DNA of 59,698 nucleotides, filler included, from Catajapyx aquilonaris (Eukaryota): NCBI GenBank assembly GCA_000934665.2. It is 4 parts of 4 records of this genome, joined end to end, with 100 filler letters (N's around TTAATTAATTAA, not from the genome) between each part and the next. Parts side by side here need not be neighbours in the genome. Positions count along the whole stretch, not along the records: positions 29,911 to 44,747 come from JYFJ02007668.1; positions 44,848 to 59,698 come from JYFJ02007669.1; 2 more parts are not named here. One strand, 5' to 3'. Shown piece by piece: positions 38,601 to 51,881 of this stretch (position 1 is its first letter; each line of letters starts with the position of its first letter). The notes under the pieces were generated by a model. It saw only the letters and a program-made list of their open reading frames with translations, ran no database searches and was not told where the DNA came from. The position numbers and the translations under genes were made by a program.

Positions 38601-39649
38601 TTGCTGACTCAGTTCTGGTGTGCTATGTATCAGTCATATCCAAATGTCACCATCCTGGCCTTTCGGGTTTTACTGCCATTTGTGTCTACATATCGGTGCG
38701 AGAGTTGATTTTCAACGCTACTTCACATTAAAACCAAGGCAAGAAATAGGCTGAATGTTGAGGATGACATGAGGCTTTCTTTAACAAACACTCAACCGCG
38801 AATTTTGGACCTGGTTACCCAGATGCAAGTGCACCCATCACATTGAATGTTGGGTAAATAAAATGAGGAAAGATCCATCATGTAAGAAATATATTTCGTT
38901 GTTCTCTTTACCCTTACAATGCCTTTAACGCGAATGTCGGAGAGGAGGAAGGGGGGTCGCGGGTTACTTGGCTATTGTAAAAAGGGGTCGCGACCCGAAA
39001 AAGTTTGGGAACCACTGGTCTAGACCTTGATCTCAATACACCACTGCACTTGGCTTCCCTTTTTGGTGACAGACACATTATTGAAATATTGCTGTAAGAC
39101 GGAGCTGATATTGATGAGAAAAATGAAAATGGACAAACTCCTTTAGATATGTCTACTAATGATGAGACTAGCAAAATTTTGCAAGCGACAAAGGACTTGC
39201 TTACTCAAGCATCAAACGGAGATTTTATGAAGGTCGTGGAATACATTAAAAAGGGGGCTATAGTCAATGCCAGAAATAGTAATGGCGATGGACCACTGCA
39301 TCACGCGGTGTCAAAAGGAACCGTAGGCGAGGTTGTATTGCTTTTGCAAAAAAAGGCAAACCCTGACTTAGCAAACAATGATGGAGACTCACCTTTGCAT
39401 TTTGCAGCCAGGTATGGGCACTTCCGTGTTGTAAAGCATCTTCTGAAGTACAATGCAGACCCTAACATCAAAAACAAACGGGGGCAAACGCCTCTGGATC
39501 TGGCGCAGAAGAAAAATATCACCCAAATTTTGAGAAGTGAGGAGTGTTGCCAGGCACAGGCAATAGAAAGAAAAGAAGCGCTGAGAGCAGGTGTATCACG
39601 TGCGTGGGACGAACTAGACCAATTCAATTCGGAAATGCGGAAATGCTAA
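32606..39649 (+). pseudogene. OTU - PD-(D/E)XK nuclease - NB-ARC/STAND - TPR - ankyrin multidomain gene (~1842 aa reconstructed); TAA at 36656 and 39095, hAT insertion 37511-39017
   Basis: GAGDCFFDS...WG...HFEP (OTU); GEIYE...KFDDVV...FLQAKH (nuclease); FTGREKEL, GLGGVGKS, LFIFDN, LITSR, FPLALQQA, MHKLVQ (NB-ARC); LGPEHS/WGPKNFGTL TPRs; TPLHLAS, GDSPLHFAA ankyrins; ORFs 32549, 36707 and 39149 join in one frame after removing the element. Confidence 0.9.
37511..39017 (+). mobile_element. hAT/Buster (ZBED5/SCAND3/FAM200-like) transposon, internally deleted, non-autonomous
   Basis: 16-bp perfect TIRs cagtggttcccaaact / agtttgggaaccactg; perfect TSD gtctagac at 37503-37510 and 39018-39025; transposase motifs FSIQVDESTDVS, GVCTDGAP, LLPFVSTYRCES. 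Confidence 0.96.
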
Positions 39650-40930
39650 AAGCGCCTTGACTGACCTCTTGAACCAGGATGACCAAGGGGTGGTCATTAA
39701 TTTGGGGTTTCATTTTCGGGGAAAGATGTTTAGTGGGGGAAGTGGAGATGACATGTTTGTGCTGCACGGAAACGTCACTACGGGATTTTGTACGGTTCAG
39801 GAGGAGTGGACACTCTGGACTTGACTTAGTTTGCAAACACGGCTGAGTGTGAGGAAATAAACTCAAATACCTACAATTTCAGTCATGAGAGTTACAACGA
39901 CCGGGTTCTGGAAGTTGTTGGCATGAACAGGGTGTGTGGCAGGAAGGCCAAGACTGACCCGCATAGTAAAATTAATTGCGTGCGACACTAAGATGTAGAC
40001 GGCAATGGTGGAAGTGACATCAATAATATATTATGACCATGTGCTTGTTGAAAATAATGGCTGTGTCTACGATGTGCAAATCGTTGTTCGATCCAACACG
40101 AGAGTGCATAACATAGCCACTGAAGGTATAACTTCACATACCTCATTCCACGCAGTGAAGGAAAAGCCGATGTTGCATTACTTGTTACTTTGCAGTCGGA
40201 AGTTCTGAAGGTGATTGTAAGTGAAGAATATTCTAAAATTTTACCTGCCTTGTGTTCAGCTGCCTCTGAGTTCATTCCTGAACCCAGACAAAGAGAGAAG
40301 TTTGTCAATCAATTGTCATTGCCTTAGGAGCATTTGTGGTCTGAACAGAGGTTGCTTATCGCTACAAATGTAGTGGTAAAGCTGTCATATACGACATTCT
40401 TTTGAAGACAATGCAGCAAAACTTACGAATGAATACTCATCTCTTAAACTGAAGCGATAACAATGTCATTGATGCAATAAAATTCAATAACTACTCTTAA
40501 ACAAAGCGGTTAATTTAGTACAGTGCCTTACTTATCAATCCAATATGTTTGAAAGTGCTGGACATCATTGAGCCCAAACAATTCTATATGCAGCATGCAT
40601 ACGATTTTCATCACATTATTATTGTAATGAGGACAATGCTTTTTTTGCTTTGATGGATTAATTATAATACTAATTTTATTAAACTGAATTAATTTGGGCT
40701 TGAGATTGTCGGAAGGGACCGGCACTGTGTCAGATCATTCATTTCAGAGCCAACATCATGCCTATGATTCTCTCTAAAAATTGACGAGAGTGAGCAATGA
40801 AATATCACACGGGCCTGGATGTGGAGTGCTCCAGAATTGAACCCAGCACCGGGAAGTGGAAAGGCCGCCTTGTGTCTGCAAATATAAAAAATTTGAGGTA
40901 TTGCAGTATCGATTCTGCATCATATGCATA

Positions 40931-41901
40931 TAAGGGAGATCGGGGTCGGTTGTAACACTTTTTAGTCTGGAATTTTTAATTCAGTCACATGCATTTATAG
41001 GAAAAGGCTTTTGACATGGTGGAAATAAGGCAACATTCCCATTTGTAAAATTACAATAATAATATATTGAGATAAAAAACTGATCGAATATTAAATACTC
41101 GTATTTTTCCAAGACAAGGCAGAGTGTTACAACCAACCCCATCATATAGGGGCGGTTGTAATAGAGGGAGGGGTCAATTGTAACACTATGTCTTAGTGGA
41201 AAATGTAACATGGAAGAACAATTTACACCCACTCATCTTTTCGACTATTGTTTTTATAGCCTACTTGATCCACATAGATTTCTTTTTATATCTCGATACA
41301 CTGGAATTTATTCAGCAGATAAGTTTTACAAGAAAATTGATTTTTACTCATGTACATTTTCGACAAATGGTGGCTTTATTGCACAAAATAATAACTAATT
41401 TATTTCTACTCTCAATATCATGTGAGATATGTAGACTCTGTAACATTTGTACACAGACTTGACATTTCTCCCATGATTTTACCATGTTACAACCGACCCC
41501 AAGGAATTTGTTACAACTGTCCCCATTGTGTGTTGTCATGCAGATATGATTACTACTTTTTAACTGTGCACATGATTATTTTGGTCATCTGGTACCGTCA
41601 GTGTAACCCCACTAAAGGAACCGTTCTCATGATACCAAGGGCAATTCAATGGCACTTCTACCACCCCGCATAATCACTTAATTACTACCACTCAAAAAAG
41701 TTCAGAACATACCTTGATTTTGCCGTTTTTTCATATAGAAAAGCAAAAAACAAAAAAGGCGTATCCAAAGTATTCCTTGGCTTAGAGATCAGAGTGACAC
41801 ACGTACTGTGTGAGTTTCAGCTTCAGGGCCTTCCAACCGTATTTATTATTGGTGATGTTACAACCGTACCCTGTTACAACCGACCCCGATCTCCCTTACT
41901 G
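40931..41901. mobile_element. pogo-like MITE
   Basis: TIRs taagggagatcggggtcggttgtaaca / tgttacaaccgaccccgatctccctta(ctg|ta); internal subterminal repeats. Confidence 0.8.
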
Positions 41902-44747
41902 TACCTACCTAATGAAATATCAAAGTAGCCCACATATAACCGTACATTGACATAATGCCAATTCCTTGGCCAATTCTTTGTTTACAAAATTTGATGATGT
42001 GTAAAATTTTTCTTATGGGACTGTCCAACGTGAATGGCTGATAAAAAGTCAAAGAATGTTTTTCTCCTTCAAATGGTCCACGGATGCATCAAAAATTGTC
42101 ATTGGCAAACACACAAGAAAGTACGACAAACCATAGTTCATTCCAGCATCCTGGCACATTGCCCCAATAATACTTGAGGGTCATGGCACAAAAAATCATA
42201 CACTGTTCTGGGGTTACTGTAATTTTTTTGTCACTGTGGATTGAACCCTATTTTAAAAGGCATTGGTAAAACGTTGAAATAAACAGTAAGACTTGTTTGG
42301 GACATTTGCTTTGAAAGGCAAGAAAACTGCCCAGACCATAAGACGTAGGCCAACTACAAAAAATATCGGAAAAGTTTTTGAGGTGAGCATCCCGGCTCTA
42401 TACAACTCTCAGCACTCTAGCAAGGTAAATTGACTGGGAAAACACTCTTCAGTATTCACCCTGCTACAGAGCTCATAGTTGTGTTAGCCAGAGTATACGC
42501 ATATCAAAAAAAGCTTATAACAGACTGTAGATATTACCATGTAAACACAGTGGTAGCCAAGGGCATTGCTGTTACTCCTATTTTTGTATTTTTTTTGTAT
42601 TCCGTTTACTGATTTACATAACTCCGGTGAATATTAATGAATTGTTAATATGACGTTGTGTCATATTGAGTGAAATGTAAAATATATTCATTCTTTACAA
42701 AATAATGTAAATTATTCACACTTGGCAATTTGTTATATTTCTTGGAACAATGTCTATAATAATAACGTCAATTTTTTGTCAGCTATGAATAATTTCTCAT
42801 GAGGTGTGTAGTTCAACTAAAAGGGCAGATGTGGTACCTATGACTTCGTTAGACATGACTCCAAAAATGTCAGAGTTGATCGAAATGTCATCGTGACCAC
42901 GTCTTGAGCGCATCTGGCTTTAGGTGTCAACTGTAAACCAAGTACTATGTATTACTAGTTCAATTAAATTTTGCTTTTATAGTCGTATTTTGTGACAGTC
43001 TTGGAGAGCGAAGTACATAAATTCGAATGATCTAGTGATTTATCATCAGCAGTGTTGCCCCCACCATTTTTGAAAGTACATTCTGACACGTGCATCAGTT
43101 ACCCTGTCAAAAGTGTCCCCAAGTTGAGCCTAGAGACATGATCGGACTCGTTCAATGGTGATGTGTGTTGCTGCGGCCTCTCACCCCTCTCGCATTGTTG
43201 CATCTGTCGTCTGACTGCAGCCTTCAAAGGACACAATCATCCCTCTGTGTGCCCATTTTATTACTTGTGACAAAGCGAGGGGTTGTAACAATCACTGGTG
43301 GAAGAAGACTTCACGGCTCGCACATACAACACTCCACGTATATGCTGGATGGTGACTGTGATGCTGCGAGAGTGACAGTGCGCATGGTCACTCATTAGTC
43401 TCATGTGCGAAGATAAGCCACACGAATGAAGGAAAAGGTACGACCTTATGCATAACAATCATTGAGTCATATCTCATTGTTTTTGTTGCTTTTGTTGTAG
43501 GGGGACCATGAGGCGGAGCAATATTCAGAGGCACAGCAAGTCGGCACCAGACGATGTTGGAAATTGTTGATTCGCATCCTAATCAAGGCGTGTTTCTCAC
43601 TCAACAATATGTGCTGCATGCAGTGTTGAATACAGTACATTCCAGATGTGGCGCACTGTTAGATACGATACTTGCAAATTGCTGGAAATTATTTTCATTA
43701 TACAAACTTGGTTCTTGGTGTTGGGATGCAGATATTTTTACTAGATGAATGCTCCAAATCACTTGAATAATGATTTATTCTTTTTGTGTGAACGCATTTT
43801 TAATGTATATGTAACGTATACTCTTAAATTTGACTTGCAGCTGTGGACAGGTCCACAAAAATAGCGTACAATTTGCCTTTTGGTCTCACCACGAATCTTT
43901 GGATTAGTACCTGCAGCACAAAAATGTTATCTATACATCCTCTCCCTGGACGAAAAGCGGCTTGTGTCTCCGACAATGCATTAGTTAATGAATATTATGA
44001 TTTTCTCTTCACTAATCTAAGAAATGCTTTTAGTAATAATGTAGAAATTGCATAATAATTTTTACTACCCCTTTTCAGTGCTTTTAATGCCAGAAAACTA
44101 TACCACCCACTTGCCATACTTGTATATAGTCCTTTACTAACTTCAGCATACATTGCAATTTATTTACAAAGTAATTAAAAATTATAATGATGTGTTGTGA
44201 GTTATTTTCACCTGTCATACAATCCAACAAACGTGAATATTTTTTCCCAAATTTGTTACGAGCATGTAAATGTGCTGTATTGTTGCGTATAAACGGGTAT
44301 TAATACCGGTTGCATAAATTATATTTTGTCAAAATCCATAAAGTGCGTAGGTCTTGAATATTTCCTTCTCTATTTTGCCTCAGAAGGAGTCATCATAGTA
44401 ACTCTACTTGTAGGCACATCCTCCACCTTTTCAGCCCCTTTGAACTGAGCAAGTACTATGAGGTATGTGGTTACAGCTCCCACCACCTGAAGAGTGAATC
44501 AAAATATTAGTTATCAATTATGTCTGCCAGGAACAACACTCAACACAACATACAGATGTCAGGAGGGCACGATTGACCGTGAAGTAACTGGCCGCTGTTA
44601 TCTCCATGGGAGGAACAGGCATCTGCTGGATCAACGAGTCAATCTGAAAGGAAATTGTACACCAGTTGCTCTCCTGTATGTAATTAGGTACAGTATATGA
44701 CCCTTAATGACAGTCGCAATGCTGGAGAGTTGACTTACGTCTGCCTT

Positions 44748-44847
44748 NNNNNNNNNNNNNNNNNNNNNNNNNNNNNNNNNNNNNNNNNNNNTTAATTAAT
44801 TAANNNNNNNNNNNNNNNNNNNNNNNNNNNNNNNNNNNNNNNNNNNN
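44748..44847. other. Artificial contig spacer
   Basis: 44N + TTAATTAATTAA + 44N. Confidence 0.97.
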
Positions 44848-47661
44848 CCTGCCCCCCTGTCCCCCTGCCCGTCTTCCCCAGCCCTCCTCATCCCTGACCT
44901 GGCCACTCCTCTCCTCCGACTCCTCGCTGGCTGTGCTACCGCAATGGCTTAAACGAATAGTACGATTCCAGTGCCCGGCAGGAAATTAGTTCGTGCGTAC
45001 TGGGAGCACTTCCAGACGGTATAAACACGCCTTTATGGCTTATGTCTTTGCAGGTCAAGTGAAAATGCAAATCTTTTCCCACAAATGCAAATGGTGCAAC
45101 TGCAACGTACTGGTTTTAATCAATTGTGAAGCCAAACATGCCTTTTCAGCACTGGTGTGGCTTTTCTCCTGCATGTGTGAGTCCTCCCGTTTACATGAGT
45201 GAGGCCTCAAACCAAGATGATAAGTCTTGCAATGTTTGACTTTCTGTAAGACTGTAACCCATCCTTCGGGCCAACTTCTTATGGCAATCCCTGCATCTGA
45301 CCTATCATCAGAGCTGAGTCCTTCTGACTAATCAACCTCTGCTTCTCGTGAGTCTAGACTGAACCTGGCTTCCTCTGGCTAAGCAGCAGGTGCAGCACAT
45401 CTACAGTCTGCAGTCTACTCTGTCCATATGCAATAAATGTAAAATATCGTTGGAGTTTGAGATGCTCCCTGTCAATTTCTGGTTCAATTTCGAAGGCCAT
45501 CCAGTGAAATGCACATCATGAGAATGGCATAATAATTTTTCCAAATTAAGCAATTGCGGTTCCCTGGGTCAAAAAGACAAAATATCCAGCAAAAGGTGCA
45601 GCTATTAAGTATTTTGTTACACTCGGTAGTTACCACTACTCTACACAGGCAATGATAATATGCACAAAATAGAGTTGGTGTAGAGTTTCAACAATATTAT
45701 TATTTTTACGCTGATGCATGTGAATATTGATAGCAAGGCGCATGGCGTAAGTTATTTTACATGTTATTGTTGCAATAAAGTGCCCTGGGTACATCTTATC
45801 GCTCTTTAACTACGCATCTGAGATGCATTGGCATGGCGCTTATGGCGAATGTACCGTATGTTATGCATAGTATGACTGCATAGTATGCGTAGGATCGCGT
45901 AGGATAATTAAAACCACTGTCCTCTTTTCTTTCTTCATTTCTACCTACATCTGTCACATCTATCTTAAATATAAACAGCCAGAGAGAGCCTTGGTCAAAA
46001 GAAGAAGCTGGCAAATTATTTTGGTTCAAGTCAGGTCGCACCTACAATAAAGCCAACCTGCGTGCATACCATCCACACTGTGTATCTGATCTCAGTGTTG
46101 CGAGCTGTGTGCTGGTTAACCACTACACCCCCATACCGCCCAAGCTTCTGATTGTTGTGAGGTTACTTGATACACCTAACAATGACACTTATGAAGGTCT
46201 GCATAATGAAATAATATTGCTCTCATCATTTCCTACTTCCTCTGCCTGCGTAATACAGACAGTGGTCTTATTATCGCCCTTCTGTTTTGCAAATGTATGG
46301 CGTGGTGTAAGTACAGTATATGTAAAGGGACTGTGGCTCCTTGGCCATCCCTTTTCCTTCTTCCTCTTCATTCTGCACCCTGGATTCATCTAAAATGTTG
46401 TAAGTTAAATTTGATGAATTCACCCCCTGGTCAGGGCAGGTCTGCCTAAAATCATCACACTAATTAACAAAGCGAATTGAAAGTTATGAAACTCATATCC
46501 CTGCATGAAGCATCAATAACCTATACTTTGGAGGGAGATCAGAATAGATCTAATTCATAATTAACTTATATTCATCGCTTTGGGTAAGACTTCGTGTACA
46601 AGAATAATATTATTTTTATTATTATAAAAATATAAATAAATACATACATACATAAATAAATTATTGTACCTTTGTACGTGTACCACACGGAAGAAGTTTC
46701 TAATTTTATCTGCCTCGGAGCCATTTACTACGTATATTTCCTAAAAATCAATGTGCACCAACTGAGAATCAGGAAGGCCAATGCCATCAGCCTGTTGCAG
46801 ATGTCAGCCTGTCATGCCTGTTGCAGAGTAATAAATCTCATCAGGCTCATCTTATTTTCCCAGCCCAACATGATTGTATGCTTAATGAATTAGATTCCAA
46901 TATCGTGGGGCAGGTGTGGATGGTGTACTGGCACTGTCCCGTTCACAGTCCCATTCCTCATCATGGTGACCGAACGCTGAGCTGTTGTGGGTGATGAGTG
47001 CATATTAGCAGGGTGCCATAAAAAGTGTGGGCAAGTGCCACCAATTTTAATATCATTCATGGCCACAGCCTGGGTCACGGTTGTCGGAAGATAGCGTGAT
47101 CCAGACCAGTATCGATCTGAGGTCTACAATCGGATTTAATCAATAAATTCCTGTCACATGTGCGAAATATTTTCACTTGGAATGTAATATGTTCTACATG
47201 GTAAAGAAGTAAACAACAGGCAGGTGACAAATGACAATGTGTCCTGGCCATTGTACAGGCCAGGGAGAGCCTGAAGAGCACATGACAGATGTATACTGCA
47301 GTATATAACAATGTCTGAAATAAGGTTTTTACCATATAAACAGGGTGTTTCAAGTGTGAGGCATAATGGTGATGATGTGGTCGCTTTAACCAGTGTGATC
47401 ACAATTCCTCGACCCCCCTTGGTAGTCCGACACTTCGTACTTGGAGGCCACAAATGCATGTATCTTTTTCAGCTCTGACCCTTTCTTGTCACTTACAGTT
47501 AGTGTTGTCGTAGCATGGGATCAAATGCCTCTCTCATATGGATATGGGAACGGCTGGGCATGGCAGGCAGGCTCAGCAATACGTATATTGGGCAGAGTGG
47601 AGCTGATGTGAGCTCTGTAAAAAAAAACTGCCAACACTTGTTTTGGTAAAGCCTCAGAGTC

Positions 47662-47738
<77 letters not shown>
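47662..47738. repeat. (TAA)n microsatellite, ~25 units
   Basis: Direct reading. Confidence 0.97.
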
Positions 47739-47739
<1 letters not shown>

Positions 47740-49295
47740 CTCCAGTAAATGATACCTATTGCTAATAATAAAATGTTAGGTGAGAGCTAGAGCCAGAATT
47801 CCCATTTTGAGTTACCTTCAGATGATCTGGAATCTGGCCATGACCACTCGCCACATCTTTCATGTGAGATGGTACGATACAGTGCAAATGCCCAATTAAC
47901 TGTCTACTGCATCAATGCAAGGGAATTTAGCTGCTAAGCATTGGCTATGTAAAATGTAATGTAACAAAGGTTACGTCGTGCATATGTAAATATGTGGACT
48001 TGCCCATCGTCCCAGGATCAATATCTACGTCTGTCTTTCTCTATCTGAAGTAGCAGGCAGTGTATTCATTGTGTTTTTTTCGCTCTTGAATTATTATCAG
48101 GAAATACTGTAATACATGGTACTATTTTTTCAGGCTAGACACATTTGCTAGTGTTAAAATGGGGGCATCAAGTCATCGATCTTATCACCCACAGGACATT
48201 ATTCGAGAAGAATGGGGGTGTTATTGTAATGCATAATGCATACAATATACTGTAATACATAATACGAAATGTATAACATACTGTCTGAAATATAGGGCAT
48301 CAACATCTTGCACTTTTCCCTTCCTGCTAGAACACTATTTGCTGTTAGATTCTGCAGTTTGAAGGTGCACTTGAAATAATTTCCTAATATGCATCATGTG
48401 TAAAATCTGAAGTGGCTCCTACATTGTAGATTTCGCTCCTATGTAAACACAATATAAGGTAGACCAGGGTAAGGGGAACCTCAAAACTCAGTAGTTTGGG
48501 TATAAGCTACCTTAAAAAGTTAAGTTCAGTTGCATAATGACCACAGCATATTTGTAATAGACATATTACTAATAAGTCCATGGAGCAGCATTTATTATTC
48601 CACATGGTGTCAGCTAAAGAGGAAGTCTATCATGGCACAATAGATTACGTATTTGGGTTGTCTGGATCCCACCAAGCATTTGCGTCATTGTCATGGTCTG
48701 TGGTGGTCATGACTAGTGATTCCAATCAATGTCAAGCCATCCTGTGGTTCGAAGCTTTCTCGCCAAATATCCCCACAAGTGGCATTGTGAACTCTCGTGG
48801 TCACAGGGTAGTGGTAATACTAGCCTATACTCCATAACTCACCAGAGAAAGAATAATCAGTCGTAAATTTCCAAGGGCCAATGGCATAAATAAAAATATT
48901 CCATATTACGGTGTATGGAGAAATGTACTTGGGTTCAGTTCTGCCCCATTCTACTGCAACAATACTCCAGAGCATAGTCATGCGATGCCACGGGTAATTC
49001 ACATCAAGAACTCTCAAGCTTGTTTTGTGTACAATCATATGTGTAGCCACTGGTGGATGGATGGCTTGCGTTTCAACTCGAGTTAACCCATTTGTTCCGA
49101 AGGTTTTTCTACTGATGATATTTTAATTATATTTTAAGGCATTATTTAAAAGGCCAAAAATAAGATGCAAGCACTGAAATGTGATGTACCTGCATTCTCC
49201 CACTAGAGTAAGCTTTCCTCAAGCGGTTCAGCTTCCTTCACTTGTGATTAATATGCACAACTACAAGAAATATTTTCCCCCATGCCCGTCCTATA

Positions 49296-49717
49296 CAGGG
49301 TGGACAAACTTCAAGTGTCATTTTATAACGGCTATTAATAGAAGCGCTTTACGATTGACGTAGCAGCGACGTGTAAAATGTCCCACTTCGGCGCCATAAA
49401 AAATATTAGCTGCCAATATTAGCGTACATGTAATGACCCTGCTGCAACGAGTGCAACCACATGTGGTACCAATGCCAATCCGGCAGTCCGCAAAGAAGGC
49501 ATTTCACCCAGGCGCATCTCAGGTCATGCGTGCACCTACTTTTTTCCAGGTCAACCCTACAACCCAGCAGCAGGGTTGATTACATGTGTGCTGCTATTGG
49601 CAGCTAATATTTTCGATGGCGCCGAAGTGGGACATTTTACACGTAGCTGCTACATCATCGCAAAATCACTGCTATTAATCGCCGTTATAAAACGACACTT
49701 GAAGTTGGTCCACCCTG
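49296..49717. mobile_element. Tc1/mariner-like MITE with ~125-bp TIRs
   Basis: cagggtggacaaacttcaagtgtc... / ...gacacttgaagttggtccaccctg, TA flanks. Confidence 0.85.
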
Positions 49718-51077
49718 TATACAGGACACTAGGAACAAAAATAGGTTAAGGGTGGTACCATCCAAATGCATAGTACACATCATGTCATCACAGAGAACTA
49801 CGAATACCTACAGAAATCTGTGAATTAGTCAACAATATATTTTGCATTAGCATTACTAGTGGATTCTCTATAAAAACACACTGCATGGTAAGGAGGAAAA
49901 AAGATACACAAGAATAAGTGTAAGCTTCATTGTAGGTTTGATAAATCACACAAAAGTCAAATTCCTCCTACTTATCACTCCAAGGAAACATATTTCAACA
50001 TCATGCATTACTGAAATGACGTAGGGGAGGTGGACACGCCCATTCAAATAGATTGTTACTGCAGGTAAATGGGCTTGGGTTTAAAATCCCAGGCCAAGGC
50101 AGTCTTCACATTTGTAACACGTGCTGTCCCAACAAGTCACCTAAGTTGGTGTTCTAAAATGGAAGCCAGTCAACATTCCAGATCGTATTTTCTCAGAGTT
50201 ACCATCAAAAATGGAAAACAAGAGCATGGAGGATTATAAATATTTTTATATAAAAAGCCATATATAAACAAATGTGTACAAAGAGTTATAAATCTGGGTG
50301 TTATACTAGATCCTAGAACAATATTGCAAATTAGTCGAGTAATACTTGGAAGAAGGTTTTCTTCAAACTACAGGCTACAACACAACCTCAGTTGCATGTC
50401 TTGTGCCAGGTGGCACTTCTCTGTGCATATCAAATGCATTGTTCCTCATTATTAAATGTTAGTTTATTGCTGCCAACTTGTTAATAACTTGGTGCTTTTG
50501 ATATACCGAGAGCAGTGCAACCCACCCTCAATAGAGTGGAAGATATGCAATCAGATGGACTAACTCCCTAATGAACATGAGCACTTATGACCTCTGCCAT
50601 CATTTTCACTCTGCATGTCCACCGGCGAGCATAAGGATGGAGACGGCAGGCCCTGACCTTCGGCAGGCTGCTCTGTCAATCTCAACTATTACGGTATCAA
50701 ATATACTGTCATAAATACACGAACACACGCCTGAAGCAGCTAACTTGGTCCATAAAGAGTTGGACATTCATTTGAGTTGGATAAAAAAAATGTCAAAAAG
50801 GGCCTGCCGTCTCCATCTTTATGCTCGCGGGTGTACATAACGTTGCTGCTTTTGTGCCAACCCTTAGGCCAGGATGCACCATCACTGGTTTCAAGCAAAA
50901 ACCTGTAATGGTGAAACCTGGCTCTAGTGCCTTCAAATATTGTAAAGCGACCTTCTTCAGAAGCAATGTAATCATTATAGGTAATCAGACTGTGTCTCTG
51001 CACATGGGAATAAAAATTAATGCTCTCTCTTTCTTCTTTGAATGATGTCTCAATCTCAATAAAAACCTGACGTAAAG

Positions 51078-51130
51078 AAAGGGTCATTTAGATGTAAAAG
51101 GGTCATTTAGATGTAAAAGGGTCATTTAGA
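51078..51130. repeat. 19-bp tandem repeat (~2.8 copies)
   Basis: Unit aaagggtcatttagatgta. Confidence 0.9.
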
Positions 51131-51278
51131 ATAAATTGCAAGATGTCACAATTATGAGTTACCAAAGTCCAATAATTGCTACTTTTTACGCGAGTACCAT
51201 GATAATTATATCCGCTACTAAAAATTTAATAAGTACAGTAAGTACAATTCTTTGCATGTGACAGGCTACTCCCCAACC

Positions 51279-51881
51279 TTAGTTACGTACTATTGGTGGT
51301 GCTGGCTGGAACAGGTCAAAACTCAAAGGTACATCTCCAGAATGGGTTCTAATTTTGTGCTCAGTTAAGTATCGTCGCACAGAAAATGCCTTTTGACATA
51401 TTTCACAACTAAAAAGTTTCTCAGTTGTATGCGTCTTCTTGTGTTTACGTAAAATTTTTGAGGTGCCAAAAGTTTTCTGACATAAATCACAACTGTAAGG
51501 CCTCTCCCCAGTGTGCGTTCTCTTGTGATCATTCAGGGATCGACGATTGGCCAATGTCTTCTTGCAAATGTCACAACTGAAAGGTTTGTCCCCAACATGG
51601 GCCTGCCTGTGCTTCTCCAGTTTGCTATAAACTTCAAATTTCTCATTGCAAAATTCACAGGCATATCCTCCATTACTAGTGCCACTACTTGCTGAACGAC
51701 CGCTATGTGATTCACTCATACTTTCTGATGCATCTTCCGCAGACACGACCCTTATTGTCAACTTCTGATTCTCCATCTTGTCCTCCTCAGTCCTTACCGT
51801 GATGGGTTCTACCTTCACTTGCCGTTTCCATGTAAATTCTGGGGTGATGTACTCCTCCTCTTCCGTCAAGTTGCTATCCAT
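51279..51881 (-). CDS. C2H2 zinc-finger protein (4 fingers); start uncertain
   Basis: CEFC..HRQAH, CDIC..HKRTH, TGERPY linker, CDLC, CEIC; acceptor tttcag at ~51894. Confidence 0.88.
   Translation of the reverse strand: MDSNLTEEEEYITPEFTWKRQVKVEPITVRTEEDKMENQKLTIRVVSAEDASESMSESHSGRSASSGTSNGGYACEFCNEKFEVYSKLEKHRQAHVGDKPFSCDICKKTLANRRSLNDHKRTHTGERPYSCDLCQKTFGTSKILRKHKKTHTTEKLFSCEICQKAFSVRRYLTEHKIRTHSGDVPLSFDLFQPAPPIVRN

Noticed and set aside
51078..51130. CRISPR-like repeats
   Set aside because: Head-to-tail tandem with no spacers, in eukaryotic context
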